DNA of 64,000 nt, from NCBI GenBank assembly GCA_963663405.2, contig CAXXSM010000016.1:1-64000 (forward strand), read 5' to 3'. The notes beneath the pieces were generated by a model, which did not search any database, was not told where the DNA came from, and was given only the letters and a program-made list of their open reading frames with translations. Position 1 is the first letter of the stretch. Each line of letters begins with the position of its first letter. The stretch comes from a bacterium. GTDB taxonomy: Bacteria > Hinthialibacterota > Hinthialibacteria > Hinthialibacterales > Hinthialibacteraceae. Shown here piece after piece: positions 13,461-24,696 of the stretch. The position numbers were made by a program, and so were the translations under genes.

Positions 13461-13515
13461 AAGAACAGTGAGAAGGATTGAGAAAAGGGGAGAGCGTTCA
13501 TTTGAATGACATGCA

Positions 13516-13545
13516 AATCCCCCTTCGGATGAATGAAGAGGGATT
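13516..13545 (-). terminator. Hairpin downstream of the bL37-like gene
   Basis: aatcccccttc-ggatgaat-gaagagggatt imperfect inverted repeat; T tract is short. Confidence 0.5.
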
Positions 13546-13572
13546 GTATACAAAGTCGAAAACGATCAGCCG

Positions 13573-13668
13573 CTAACGATTAACGGCTTTTGTTCGGGCG
13601 TTTTCTGTGATTGGCCTTTTTGAGCGCCAACGAAGTTTATGCGCTTTTCTGTTTTTTCCTTTTGCCAT
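13573..13668 (-). CDS. Small basic protein resembling 50S ribosomal protein bL37 (missed by ORF track)
   Basis: GGGAG RBS; as read MAKGKNRKAHKLRWRSKRPITENARTKAVNR*; one extra A in the A5 run gives MAKGKNRKAHKLRWRSKKANHRKRPNKSR* with the KANHxKRPN motif. Confidence 0.75.
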   Translation of the reverse strand: MAKGKNRKAHKLRWRSKRPITENARTKAVNR

Positions 13669-13909
13669 GTTTCGACTCCCAAATCCGTGATTTCCCCGCC
13701 CTTTTCAACTAAGGCGAACAACTATAATAACCAGTAATGACGTCAAATGGAAGGGCTTGACGTTATCGTTTGAAAAATGAATGAGATATTTCTGTTTTAA
13801 GGGTTCTTTCCATCGCATGAACAGGAATAATAATTGTATAGTTGTATTTATGACTTGCTAAAAAATGACGAACGGGCATTATACGATGTATAAACCAATG
13901 GAGGCAGTA

Positions 13910-14479
13910 ATGAGTCTAGATAAATACTTAGATGATTTCAATGATTTGATGAGAAAAGTCGATCCCGCTGAAGCGCAGGCGCTGATTGACGCGATTACAG
14001 AAGCCTACGAGAACGATAAATTTATTTTCATTATCGGCAACGGGGGCAGCGGCGCCAACGCCTCTCATTTCTGTGAAGATCTGGGAAAAGGCACGTTGAC
14101 CGATTTTAATAACCAGAAGCGGATGAAGGTATTGAGCCTGACCGATAATACGCCGTATATTCTCGCTTGGGCGAATGACACGGATTATAGCCGCATCTTT
14201 GTCGAGCAACTCAAAAACTTCGCGCAGGAAGGCGCTTTGGTGATCGCGATCAGCGGTTCCGGCAATAGTCCGAATGTCGTCGAAGCGGTGAAATACGCTA
14301 ATGAAAACGGTATGAAAACATTTGGTATGACTGGTTATGATGGCGGGGAATTGCGGAAAATTTCCCAGCAGTCGCTACATGTCCCTTCGTTCAACATGGG
14401 CGCGCTTGAAGCGGTTCATATGGTGTACGTGCACTACATTCTCGATACGCTTCGGGAACAATTTAAGGCGGCTTCATGA
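13910..14479 (+). CDS. SIS-domain phosphoheptose-isomerase (GmhA-like) protein
   Basis: IGNGGSGANASHF, ILAWAND, ISGSGNSPNV; GGAGG RBS at ~13900. Confidence 0.88.
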   Translation: MSLDKYLDDFNDLMRKVDPAEAQALIDAITEAYENDKFIFIIGNGGSGANASHFCEDLGKGTLTDFNNQKRMKVLSLTDNTPYILAWANDTDYSRIFVEQLKNFAQEGALVIAISGSGNSPNVVEAVKYANENGMKTFGMTGYDGGELRKISQQSLHVPSFNMGALEAVHMVYVHYILDTLREQFKAAS

Positions 14480-15441
14480 AAAGGGCGCTTGGTATCGAGA
14501 TTGGGGGGACGAAACTGCAGGCCGGGATCGGTCTTCAAGAGGACCGGCTGATCGGCCTCGCCCGTCAATCCGTCGAACTCAGCAAGGGCGCGGAAGGCAT
14601 CCGGGAGGCGATCCCTTCCCTGGTGGAGCAGGCGCTGGAGGACGCGGGGTGTTCGATCGGGGATTTATGCGGGATCGGCGTGGGATTCGGGGGGCCGGTC
14701 GATTCGAAACAGGGGATCACGCTGCTCTCTCATCAAGTCGAGGGATGGGACCGGTTTCCTCTGCTGAAATGGTTCAAGGAGCGGTGGGATCTGCCCGTTT
14801 CGATTCAGAATGATTCCAGCATCGCGGGATACGCTCGAAGCGATTCTTGGCGCGGGAAAAGGCTGCCACCGGATGGTGTATATGAATATCGGCAGCGGGA
14901 TCGGCGGTGGATTGATCACCGGCGGAGTTCTCGATGAAGGCCAGGGACTTGGCGCGGCGGAGATCGGTCATACTTGGGTACCTGATCCTGAAACGGGTGA
15001 GCCGAGAAATTGGAACTGGTTTGTTCGGGTGGTCCCATTCGCCCGGCGGATGCGAGAGGCACTCGAACGGGGCGAGTCTTCTATGGTATTGGACTGCTGT
15101 GATGGAGAAATCGAGTCGCTTGACGGCGAAGACGGTGTATACCGCCGCTGAACGGGGCGATCTTCTCGCCAATACGATTTTAGAAGAAACCTGTGAATGC
15201 CTGGCGATCGCGATCGGCAATGTAATCACCTTGCTTCATCCGGAACGCCTCGCGCTGGGAGGCGGCGTGTCGCTTATGGGACCGCTCTTTTGGGATTCGC
15301 TGCTGAAAAAAAGTGAAACGATACGTCTTCGGTCCGTTTGTGGAGAGTTATGAAATCGTTCCAGCGGCGTTGGAAGAAGATGTGGTCGTTGTTGGCGCTA
15401 TCCTCTTAGGATTGAAAATCGGAAACGCGGAATCCTTATGA
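14476..15441 (+). CDS. ROK-family sugar kinase, frameshifted
   Basis: GIEIGGTK, GIGVGFGGPVD, IQND, GSGIGGG, AEIGH, LALGGGVS across frames. Confidence 0.88.
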
Positions 15442-16998
15442 ACCGCCCGTTCTTTCTCCTGTTCATTCTTGTGGCCTCGATTGCGGGCGCCGCCTCAGGA
15501 CCCACCGGATTCGAACACAATCCGTTTTATCCTGGAATTTTGAGAATGGAAGCTTGGGAGAATGGAAAACGGATAATGAAGGCCGGATTCTATTAACGCA
15601 CGCGCCGGGCGCGGGGGGGCTTTGGTATCATTTTCGGGTGGATGGCGTCTTGCATAAGAATCTTACGTTCGTTTTTGAAGATGTGCGGAAGGATTTTTTC
15701 GGCGGGCGTAATCTTCCGGCGATCAGTTACGATGGAACGCACTGGCATTTTATCAAAAAACGTTTCATTCTACCCCACCCAGACACCGCGGGCCGTGTCC
15801 GGTTTCTCTTTTCACACATGTTTGCGAAAGACCGCGCTTGGATCGCCTATTCACCCCCATTTACTCCGACGCGGCTAGCGGAATTCGTTGAGGAGATACG
15901 CGATCACCCTCATGTAAACGCGCGGGTGATTTGTGAAACGCCGCTTCGAAAACGGCCGTTAACCCTTCTTCAAATCACCAATCCCGATGTTCCACTTAAT
16001 GAAAAGAAGACGATTCTCATTCTGTGCCGGGAAGACGCGTATGAGACGGCGGGATCATGGGTGGGATGTGGGATGGTGGAATTATTTACTCTCAAAAGAT
16101 CCTTCCGCCGAAGCGGTCAAACGCCCGGGCGGTGTTTCTGATCGTCCCTCTTTTCGATTGTGACGGCGCCGCGTTGGGAAGAGCCGTCCATCCATTTCTC
16201 GAACAGGGGCCGGGTGTGTATTGGACGGAAACGTGGCCGGAAACAACACATACTCTTTTTACGAACAGCGCCAACTCAAATCATTTTTACAGCAATGGAA
16301 AAACGGCGGCGGTGATGTTTATTTAACGTTGCGTCTTCATTCAGACTGCTGGAACAGCGATCTTTTTCGGAGAGAACATTGCGCCGAAGAGAATTACGCC
16401 AGCGCAGGATTCATTGTTTCTCACTCTGTTAGAAAAAACGTATTTGCCTTGGTACAGAAATGTGGGACCGCGTCTCTCCGGACTCCCGTTTTTCGAAGTT
16501 TGTGTACGATCTATTCCCAAAAGCGCTGACCGCTCCTCGTTAAGTGAATATGTGTATTCCTTTCCTCCCCCTCTTCCAGATGGTTTGTACAAAAGTGTGG
16601 ATGATTTGATGACGGAAGGAGAACTTCTTGCGCGGGCGGTTGGTGAATCGCTGGGCGTTCCATCAAGTGATCCTCCCCCCCTTCTTCAAGCGGCGGGAAT
16701 TCTACGAAATCACCAGCGTTTCACACACGGCCATTTTCATGCTCGCTGTTTGTACCGCGATGGATTGAACCGGCCCCCGGAATATGTTCGCGTGATGGTG
16801 AATGAGAAATCGTATCCGTTGGAAAAGGCGCCTGGCGCTGGGAACGATTTTACAAACGGCGTTCTCTATACAGGTTTCCTCTCTATCAACGATCCAGCTC
16901 CTCAGCATTATTTTGTCGCGTCCAACGGCGCCACAACGATTCGCATTCCTCGTGAAGGCGCCCGATCCGGGCCGTTTATCGTTCCAGAGGTTGAATAG
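15438..16998 (+). CDS. M14-like (cytosolic carboxypeptidase N-terminal-type) exported protein, frameshifted
   Basis: LWYHFRV, AWIAYSPPFT, RPLTLLQIT, ILCREDAYETAGSW (degenerate HxxE region), IVPLFDCDG, LRLHSD. Confidence 0.55.
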
Positions 16999-17086
16999 AA
17001 TATAGATTCAATTTAAACCGGTCAATAATTGATAATTATGGCTCTTCCGACAAGTGAGCACATTTTTCAACAGTCCAGATTCATCA

Positions 17087-17197
17087 TTGTCTGAACCTTG
17101 ATTTACTTGATTTACTTGATTTACCTGATTCGCTTGATTTTTTAGATTTTTAATCATGGTAATCCTTATTATATCTTTAGAATCATGGTTCAGACGA
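17087..17197. repeat. Inverted pair of the element, variant GTCTGAACC-(TGAT-N5)n
   Basis: ttgtctgaaccttgatttacttgatttacttgatttacctgatt and reverse aatccttattatatctttagaatcatggttcagacga. Confidence 0.8.
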
Positions 17198-17235
17198 TTA
17201 AACGAACCTAAACAAAAAATGGGGGGGGGAGAATC

Positions 17236-17747
17236 ATGGATATTAAACCCATCATAAAACACCAATACCATGCGGCGTTAACAATGCTGAAAATGGCGAT
17301 CGAGCAATGCCCGGAGAGCGCTTGGAATGATCCAGAATACAAGAACGCGTTCTGGCATATCGTCTATCACACACTTTTTTTACACACATCTTTATCTGCA
17401 AGTATCGGAGGAAGAATTCAAACCGTGGTCAAAACACCGGGAGGAGTATCCATTCATGGGAGGGCTTCCCTGGCCGCCCCACCGGCCGCCTAAGATTGGA
17501 GAACCTTATACCAAAGAAGAGATGCTGGAGTATTGTGAATTCTGCCAGAAAGAAGTGGAAGAAAAAGTTCCGATTTTAGATATGGAGGGGGGAATCCGGA
17601 TTCTGGTGGTATTCAATCGGTAAATTGGAATTTCAATTCAACAATATCCGCCATATTCAACATCACGCCGCCCAGCTCATCGACCGCCTGCGAACGAAGA
17701 ATGATATAGGAACTGATTGGATTCCTTCGGTATCGAGAGATTCGTAA
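17236..17747 (+). CDS. DinB-superfamily protein, frameshifted
   Basis: AIEQCPESAW, FWHIVYHTLFY, YTKEEMLEYCEFC, NIRHIQHHAAQL. Confidence 0.82.
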
Positions 17748-17770
17748 TGACGCGCAGATACTCAATGGAA

Positions 17771-17790
17771 CACGGGCGTCTCCGCCCGTG
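17771..17790. repeat. REP-like short palindrome
   Basis: ggaa-cacgggcg-tctc-cgcccgtg after the DinB stop; followed by a reverse heptamer array at 17813-17846. Confidence 0.6.
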
Positions 17791-17867
17791 CCGATCCTAT
17801 AGACAAAGAAAAACCTTCAGCCTTCAATCTTTCAACCTAAACGCCTAAAAAAAATTAAAAAAAACGC

Positions 17868-17913
17868 TTGACAATCAATTACCTCAAATGATAGAATCCT
17901 CTATCGATCGATA
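17868..17913 (+). promoter_or_regulatory. Sigma70-type promoter with adjacent palindrome (candidate BlaI-family operator)
   Basis: TTGACA (17868)-18 nt-TAGAAT (17892), then the perfect palindrome TATCGATCGATA (17902-17913). Confidence 0.65.
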
Positions 17914-17939
17914 TAAATCTCTATTGGTTTGGGCTTTTC

Positions 17940-18353
17940 ATGATACGGAAACAACCTAAGGATTTAAGGGTCCTACCGAGTGGAAGGTGATGAAAATCAT
18001 CTGGAGTCTGGAATCCGGCGCCGCGCGGGAGATTCATCAAATCGCGAAAGGTGAAGCATGGCATGACGTTGGGAACGGACGACGAAAATGTTCTTTTCCG
18101 TTTAGTGGAAAAAGGCCATCTGAAAACCCCAGCGGGTAGGGAATAGCTACCTCTACCAGCCGGTCTCGTCTATGCTTCGATTCGATCTGCCAGGCGGCTG
18201 ATGAGCTGCTGGATGGCGCGTCGAAAAACGCGGCGGATTCCTTGTTGCTATCATTTGATCAAACAAGGCCATTTGACTGGTGAGGGTGTGAGGAATCTTA
18301 AATCTTTGCTGGATGAGTATGAAGAGAAGACGGACGAGCAGCGTTCATTGTAA
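17940..18353 (+). CDS. BlaI/MecI/CopY-family repressor, frameshifted
   Basis: TEWKVMKIIWSL, LFRLVEKGHL, RVGNSYLYQP, ADELLDG fragments; directly upstream of an M56 gene. Confidence 0.75.
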
Positions 18354-18372
18354 TAACGGGGAGGTTGGAGTC

Positions 18373-20468
18373 ATGGGTGGAATTGATTTGATCAACCAAT
18401 GGGCGGAATCGTGGATGGCTTTTATGGGCTGCCGGATACTGGATTCAGTTCTTGTATTCGCCTTCGCCGGATTGATCTGGCTGCTGATTCGCAGACGGGC
18501 CGCCGCCGCAGCTTTGGCTATTGCTTGTTCTTATTGGTATTGTTTAAATCGGTTATCCCGGCGCCGGTATCTCTGCCCGGTTTGTTTCAGGATTTTTTCC
18601 TCAATCAGCGCGTCAATGAAAATGCTGGAATCCAAGGGCGCTTTTGGTTGGACGTTTGGGGAGATGAACACCGGAGACGCGGCACCGTCCACCTGCGTCG
18701 GGTGTAAACAATCCCGCGGAGGAGTTATCCAATCCATCCATGAGGACTCACACCGCAGGGATCATTATTGTTGCTCTGGGCGGTGATTGTGTTGTTTCTT
18801 CTACTGCGTTTATGGTGGGTGGAGTGGAAAACCCGTTTCATGATGAGCAACACCATTCCACTCAATCCGGAATCGCTTTCCATTGATTTAAACCAACTCA
18901 AACAAAACCGCCCGAGTTAAACGCCGTGTCCAATGGGTGACCGGAGACTGGATTAAATCGCCGATGACATATTGGAATTTTGTATCCGGTCATCGCGGTT
19001 CCCAAAGAGATGGCGGAGCATTACACCCCCAATCAGATCCGCTGGATTTTGCTGCATGAATTGGCGCATATCCGGCGGGGAGATATGGCGGTTTCTCTCA
19101 TTCAGAAAATTCTGCAAGCGGTATTCTTTTTTCAATCCACTCGTATGGTGGATCAATGCGATCGTCGATAAACAGCGTGAATTCGCGTGTGACGACGCGG
19201 CGTTGGCGGGTTGCGAATCGACCCGCAAGGAATGTGGGGGAGGGTTTTTTGGGCGTGGTGATGCAGGCTAACAGCCTGCCCACCTTCATGCCCGCCACCC
19301 TCGGTATGACGGGTTATGAAATCACTATAAGGAGAAGATTGATGCGAATTCTTGATCATAATCGAATTTTAAAAGCAAGACTGTCATTCAGCGCTGAGAT
19401 TTGTCTGCTGGCGCTTGTTTATTAGTAGCGCCTTTTAGTGGACGGCTGGCGCTGGCGCAGGTGGGTCAATGGGTGAAACTTTCGGATTCTGGGCCTGATA
19501 CAGGCAGCCATGGAATGATTTACGATGAAAATCGGGATCAAGTAGTTATTTTTGGTGGCGCGGATTCTTCGGGAAATAATTCCAATAAGTTTTGGATTTT
19601 TGATGATTCAGTATGGACTGAACTTCCATCTCAACGAGGATTGCCAAATCCAACAGGGAATATCGGAATGACATATGACTCACTGCGTGATGTAATCGTA
19701 ATAAATGCTGGCTTTTATGGCGCCGAAGGCACCTGGGAATGGAATAGAGAAAAATGGACTAAAATTAGTGTCCCTGGCCCTAGTACACGCTTTGCACATA
19801 CAATGGTTTTCGATTCAAAGAATGGTATGTGCGTTCTTTATGGAGGGACATCAATTGGTTTAGGCAGTCCTTATGAACAGGACACATGGGGGTGGGATGG
19901 TACATCTTGGACCTTACTTGCGGAAGATGGTCCCCCAGCAAGGATATATTTTGATATGGTCTACGACTCCGCGCGAAACCGTATTGTATTATATGGAGGG
20001 ATTCAGGATGGAGATTATGATAAAACATTTAAGGATTATGGACAGCCTGCGCTGAGTGACACATGGGAATGGGATGGAACAACATGGACACAAGTGGCGC
20101 TCACCGGTCCTAATCCTGGTCCAAGGTGTTATCATGCTATGGCTTATGATTCTGAACGAAAAAAAACAATCCTTTTTGGGGGTGGAGATAAAGTGTATCT
20201 CCCACAATTTCGAATTGTATCTGATATGATTTGGTATACCGATGTGTGGGAATGGGACGGCGTGGAATGGAAACAAGTGGAATCCTCTGGAATTGAACCG
20301 CCTGTAAGAGCGGCTCATAGAATGGTGTATGATTCCAAGCGCAATCGAATAATCATGCATGGCGGTATATATAAAGTAATAACTCCTTTTTTATACGAAT
20401 CCGATACAAACACCTGGGAATTGAGTATGACGAGTGGAATGTCGAAGGGGATTTGGACGTTGTATTAG
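18373..20468 (+). CDS. BlaR1-like M56 metallopeptidase fused to a Kelch-type propeller with a C-terminal GIWTLY tail, frameshifted
   Basis: WILLHELAHIRRGD, FFNPLVWWIN, REFACDD, RRRLMRILD; repeated (M/L)xYDSxR..lFGG..DTWEWDG Kelch-like units in 19401-20468. Confidence 0.8.
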
Positions 20469-20544
20469 GTTTGTTTTTGTCTGAATCGGGATGGACTGGA
20501 TTTGCAGGATGAGCAGGATGTGGTTTATTAAACGATCCTGGATA
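20469..20544 (+). repeat. GTCTGAATC element, left boundary of glycosylation island
   Basis: gtttgtttttgtctgaatcgggatggactggatttgcaggatgagcaggatgtggtttattaaacgatcctggata. Confidence 0.85.
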
Positions 20545-20669
20545 CATGGAAAAGAATAAACTGGATTTGCAGATCCCCATAGTTGAAAATGCCCAAGATT
20601 ATTTAGTTCAGAGTTGGAGAGATCTTCCTTCGTAGAAGAATGGGCCATGCAGAAAAGATAGTTTAAAAT

Positions 20670-21825
20670 TCATCCGGGAATCCCGTTTTTCTTCAAAAAG
20701 GCTAGCACCCTTTCCGCTTCTTTTAAGGTAATCTTTCCATGTGTTGGCAAGTTAATGACTTCTTTAGAAGCTTTTACCGATTCAGGAAAGAGTGACGGAT
20801 TATAATCAAAAGACTCAAGGTTCGTACTTTCCGGATGCAACGGGGATTCAAACCAGCTACCGATTTCCACACGTTCTTTATTGGCTTGTTCTAATAAATC
20901 CTTCTTGTTTTTCACTCGGACTGGATACCGTACAAATACTGGATTATAGACTGTATCCAAGACTACAGGGCTAAAACCATATTGAGGAAGCGCATTGTGA
21001 TAGTATGATGAAATCTCGTTACGATGAGCAAGATTTTCATCAATTTTATCCATTTCTTTTATTCCTTTGTGCGCCTGAGATGGAGTCATTCCCATAAAAT
21101 AATTTGAGGGGGGTGTTCCTTCATACTCTCCTTTCGTCGAACTTCCAATGGCAAAACCGGATTTGGACAGAAAACGATAGATCGATGTTATCGTTTGTGT
21201 CGTCGCTGGAGTAACAAGGTTATCATATAAAAAAATCTGAAACCGAATCATCAAATCATAAAGTCTTTTGGGTTGTATCATTTCCCGCTCGATTATGGTT
21301 TGAACTTTTTGGGATAAATTGTCATCATGGACAAACAACATCCCCCCTAATCCGGTGGAAAAGGTTTTATTCCATTGTCCGGAAAAGAATGCCGCTTGGC
21401 CAAATGCGCCACAAAGTTTGCCTTTGTATTTTGCGCCAAACGCAAGACAAGCGTCTTCAAAAACCGGTATATTTTTGGTTTCAGCCCATTGGAGGATTGG
21501 GTCCATATCGCAGGGAATTCCATAGGTATGTTGGACAACAATCGCTTTGGTGTTTCGACGTACAGCATGATTCAAGATTATCGGGAGAAATGTTGTACGT
21601 AGTGGGATCAATATCAACATAGACAGGGCGAATGCCCAAGACTTTTGCCGCCGTGGGTACCACAAGACAAGTATAGCCCGCCATGAGGACATCATCGCCG
21701 TGACCAAGCCCCATCGCTTTCAAGACAGCATACAAACCGATCCGGCCCTTGGCAAACAGAAAGGGGGGCACATTAAAATATTGTTTTAGTTTTCTTTGAA
21801 AATTATTGAAAATTTCATTATTCAT
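20670..21825 (-). CDS. DegT/DnrJ/EryC1/StrS PLP-dependent sugar aminotransferase, one frameshift
   Basis: GRIGLY, GDDVLMAGYTC, VYVDID, VVQHTYGIPCDM, FEDAC, FFSGQWNK, INLPTH. Confidence 0.88.
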
Positions 21826-22429
21826 TTTTTTACCATAGTTTTTCTGAAACAAGCTGATGTGATTCCAAAAAAACGGAAACGAAAAACTGTTTCGAAACCT
21901 TTCTTTTGGTAGAATTGTAATCCTTCTTCGTTATCCGTAAAAACACAATAATCATTTGATCCCATCGAAAGAAGATCCTCTTCCATCATATGAACTAATT
22001 TGCCTCCTATTCCATACCGCCGGTATTGTTCTTCCACGGCGATCACGCTAAGTTCCGGCAATCCTTCAATGCTTTTACTCCTCATTTTCTTTATCATACC
22101 ACGTAAAAAAATAACGGGATTCAACCGAAGAGTTATTACATGAAATAAAATTTTCTTTTTAAAACCGGCAAATTGGTCTCTTGGCGCAGTAGATCGGGCT
22201 TCTCACAATAAACAATAAATCCAACTACAGCATCTCCATCATAAGCGCAAATCATCTTACAATGTTTATTATGCAATAATTCGTTATAATAAGATTTAAT
22301 AAAATCAAGGCCCATTGAGGATATAATTCCCGTTGGAAAGGTGGTTCGATGAAAATCAACGATTTTATTATATAAACTTTCATCAACACGTTCAACAAAT
22401 CGATAGTTAATTTCTTTTGATCTAATCAT
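21822..22429 (-). CDS. GNAT-family acetyltransferase, frameshift near 22130
   Basis: ELSVIAVEEQYRRYGIGGKL (motif A), FYQKKGF; N-terminal half in ORF 22136-22429. Confidence 0.75.
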
Positions 22430-22514
22430 TGTAATGTTAGTATTTGAAAATGAGGTTATGATTTAAATGTGGTACAATTTCGTAAAATTTATTGGCTTTC
22501 AATATGTTTCCAGT

Positions 22515-23723
22515 CTATTGTCTTTTCAAAAACATATGCATTTGTTCAACTAATCTCTTAGCGGCGGTTTGAGTAGTGAAATGGTCTTCAACCGCTTTTC
22601 TTCCGTTGACGCCAAATTCCCGGCGTAGATTGGGGTCATGGTATAATTTCAAGAACTGATCCGTGAACGAAATTATATCGTTTGAAGGACACCATAAACC
22701 TCCCTTGTATTTTTCAAGAAAAGATTCATTTAAATCTGTTCTCGTATCCGTTGCGGCCAGAACGGGAAGAGACGCGTCCCAATACCCTAATGTCCTAGAA
22801 GGAATATTCGGAATAGTGAATTTATCACTGAGTGTCACTAAACCGATATCCGCGTCTTGTATTGCGGATTGATATTCCTCTTGAGGCATGGAATCGAAAA
22901 GAAGCACATTTTTCAGATTCCAATCCTGAACTGATTTTGTTATGCGTGCTTTCTCCGTGCCATTACCGACAAGACAGAAAACAACATCCGATAGATGTTG
23001 CACACGTTTTGCCAGTTCTAAAATGATCTCGATTTTTTGGGGGACACCAAAATTACCACCAAACAAGGCGATAAATTTATTCTGCAAATTGAAACGATCC
23101 CGGAAGCTCAATTGGTCCTTGTTTTTATCTTTAATTGGAGTTAAAGATATCCAGTTGGGAAAATCGGTTACGAATTTTGTGGAGATTATATCCGGATCCG
23201 CATTTTTAAGGTATGAAATATTTCCTGGACTCATACATCCTATGATATCTGAAATTCGATAAAGATACCTTTCCTTGTATCGAAAGTAGTTAAAGAGTAA
23301 AGAATTTTTTATCAATCCTAAATCTTTTGCATTTTGCGGGAAAATATCACGAAGTATCAAAAATAATTTTCCTTTTTTTTTGATACGGTAAAAAAAAGGA
23401 GCTAACGTGAATGGGGGAGTCGATGCGACAATCCAATCCGGGTTCCAATCCCGCCAATATTGATAGAAGGATTTTTTATAACGCGCATTTAACAATATGT
23501 TATTGATTCCTTTTTGGATGATATTTGTATTAAACAATGGGCCGCTTTTCACTCGAAAAACGGGAATTCCACCTTCATCTTGAATTGATGTGTTAGAATT
23601 AAATGTTGGAGCAAGAACTCGCACTTCGTTGTCCAGTGCGGCTACTTCATGAACAAGGGATGTATACATATTTGTCGCAATAGAAACATCTGGATACGAT
23701 AAGAAGGTAAAAAGAATACTCAT
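22515..23723 (-). CDS. GT4 glycosyltransferase (WbuB/L-FucNAc transferase-like)
   Basis: STPP, LILRDIFPQNA, GCMSPGN, FGGNFGVPQ, FTIPNIPSR. Confidence 0.88.
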   Translation of the reverse strand: MSILFTFLSYPDVSIATNMYTSLVHEVAALDNEVRVLAPTFNSNTSIQDEGGIPVFRVKSGPLFNTNIIQKGINNILLNARYKKSFYQYWRDWNPDWIVASTPPFTLAPFFYRIKKKGKLFLILRDIFPQNAKDLGLIKNSLLFNYFRYKERYLYRISDIIGCMSPGNISYLKNADPDIISTKFVTDFPNWISLTPIKDKNKDQLSFRDRFNLQNKFIALFGGNFGVPQKIEIILELAKRVQHLSDVVFCLVGNGTEKARITKSVQDWNLKNVLLFDSMPQEEYQSAIQDADIGLVTLSDKFTIPNIPSRTLGYWDASLPVLAATDTRTDLNESFLEKYKGGLWCPSNDIISFTDQFLKLYHDPNLRREFGVNGRKAVEDHFTTQTAAKRLVEQMHMFLKRQ

Positions 23724-23780
23724 TTAGACTTGGATCTCCGTTTGCGCCAACATTGTTTTTTAGTATTAACCGAATCAGTT

Positions 23781-24000
23781 TTACGATTGATGCCAAGCAG
23801 TTCTGTTGACATAATTCGTATCACTCAGTATGACTTGAACGACTTTTTGGGAAACATTAGGAGCGTTGTAAACAGAAACGATCAAAATATTTCTTTTCTC
23901 TCCGCGTTGCTCTGTTTTTACAACAGAAATACCATTCATAACTGTTTTTAAGTCCAGACCAGTCATGATAACCGCTTTCAGGCTTGTGCTGAATACGAAG
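23781..24000 (-). pseudogene. C-terminal remnant of UDP-N-acetyl-sugar 2-epimerase (WbjD/FnlC/WecB-like)
   Basis: VIMTGLD...YNAPNVSQKVVQVILSDTNYVNRTAW matches the C-terminus of this family; no N-terminal part upstream. Confidence 0.6.
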
Positions 24001-24466
24001 ACTTTCGTGGTCTCGGCGTAATAGATAGGTAAACTGAAACCGGGATAAAAAATCAACAGTCTATTATTATACTTTTTTTTGAATATATCAACATATTACG
24101 AGGATTCAGAAAAAAAATAATCAGAAGTTAGGAGTAAAATATTTTGAAGAAATGAAATGCGGATTACCCATTCACGAAACAATTGCATCCTTGAATTTGT
24201 AAGATTCCCATTCAATTCCCAATCCAATAATAATGATTTCTTTTCTTTGCTCTCTCATTAATAGAGACAAAATGTAGATAATGAACATCCATCTCAGGAG
24301 TATGGAAAGCCAGCGCTTTTTTATACATAGGAATGAGATAGTATGGTATGGAAATAGGAAAAATTATATGTCCGATACAAATACCTAGGCTATCAGTGCC
24401 AAAAGTGGAATAGCGAAGAACTTGTGGTCGTTGTACTAAGAGTGGAGTATGGGTTGTCTCTGAAGA

Positions 24467-24523
24467 GTTTGTTTTGTCTGAATCTGGATGGATGGGATAT
24501 GGTTGATTAAACGTTCCTGAATA
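24467..24523 (+). repeat. GTCTGAATC element, right boundary of glycosylation island
   Basis: gtttgttttgtctgaatctggatggatgggatatggttgattaaacgttcctgaata. Confidence 0.8.
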
Positions 24524-24606
24524 TTTTTCTTGTCTGTCTAAATGAAAGGGAGATGTAAAACCTCCCTTTTTATCATCACTGTAGAGAATGAGTTAGTGAA
24601 ATCCAG

Positions 24607-24683
24607 TAAGGTAGGTCGCGTCTTTTTGACCCACAGAAACAGTAAATAATTACCGGTGGATCGGTAAAGCGTGACCTACCCTT
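24607..24683. repeat. REPIN-like inverted pair (GGTAGGTC..GACCCAC family; related copy at ~13207-13236)
   Basis: taaggtaggtcgcgtctttttgacccac ... ggtggatcggtaaagcgtgacctaccctt. Confidence 0.65.
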
Positions 24684-24696
24684 GTCTACATGATTC

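Noticed and set aside
13573-13668. rpmH (bL34) assignment for the small basic ORF
   Set aside because: No MKRT.QP/HGFR.RM motif and not adjacent to dnaA/rnpA; the KANHxKRP motif fits bL37 better
17008-17271. ORF with NQANQVNQVNQV
   Set aside because: It is the translation of the 9-bp-period DNA element, not a credible protein
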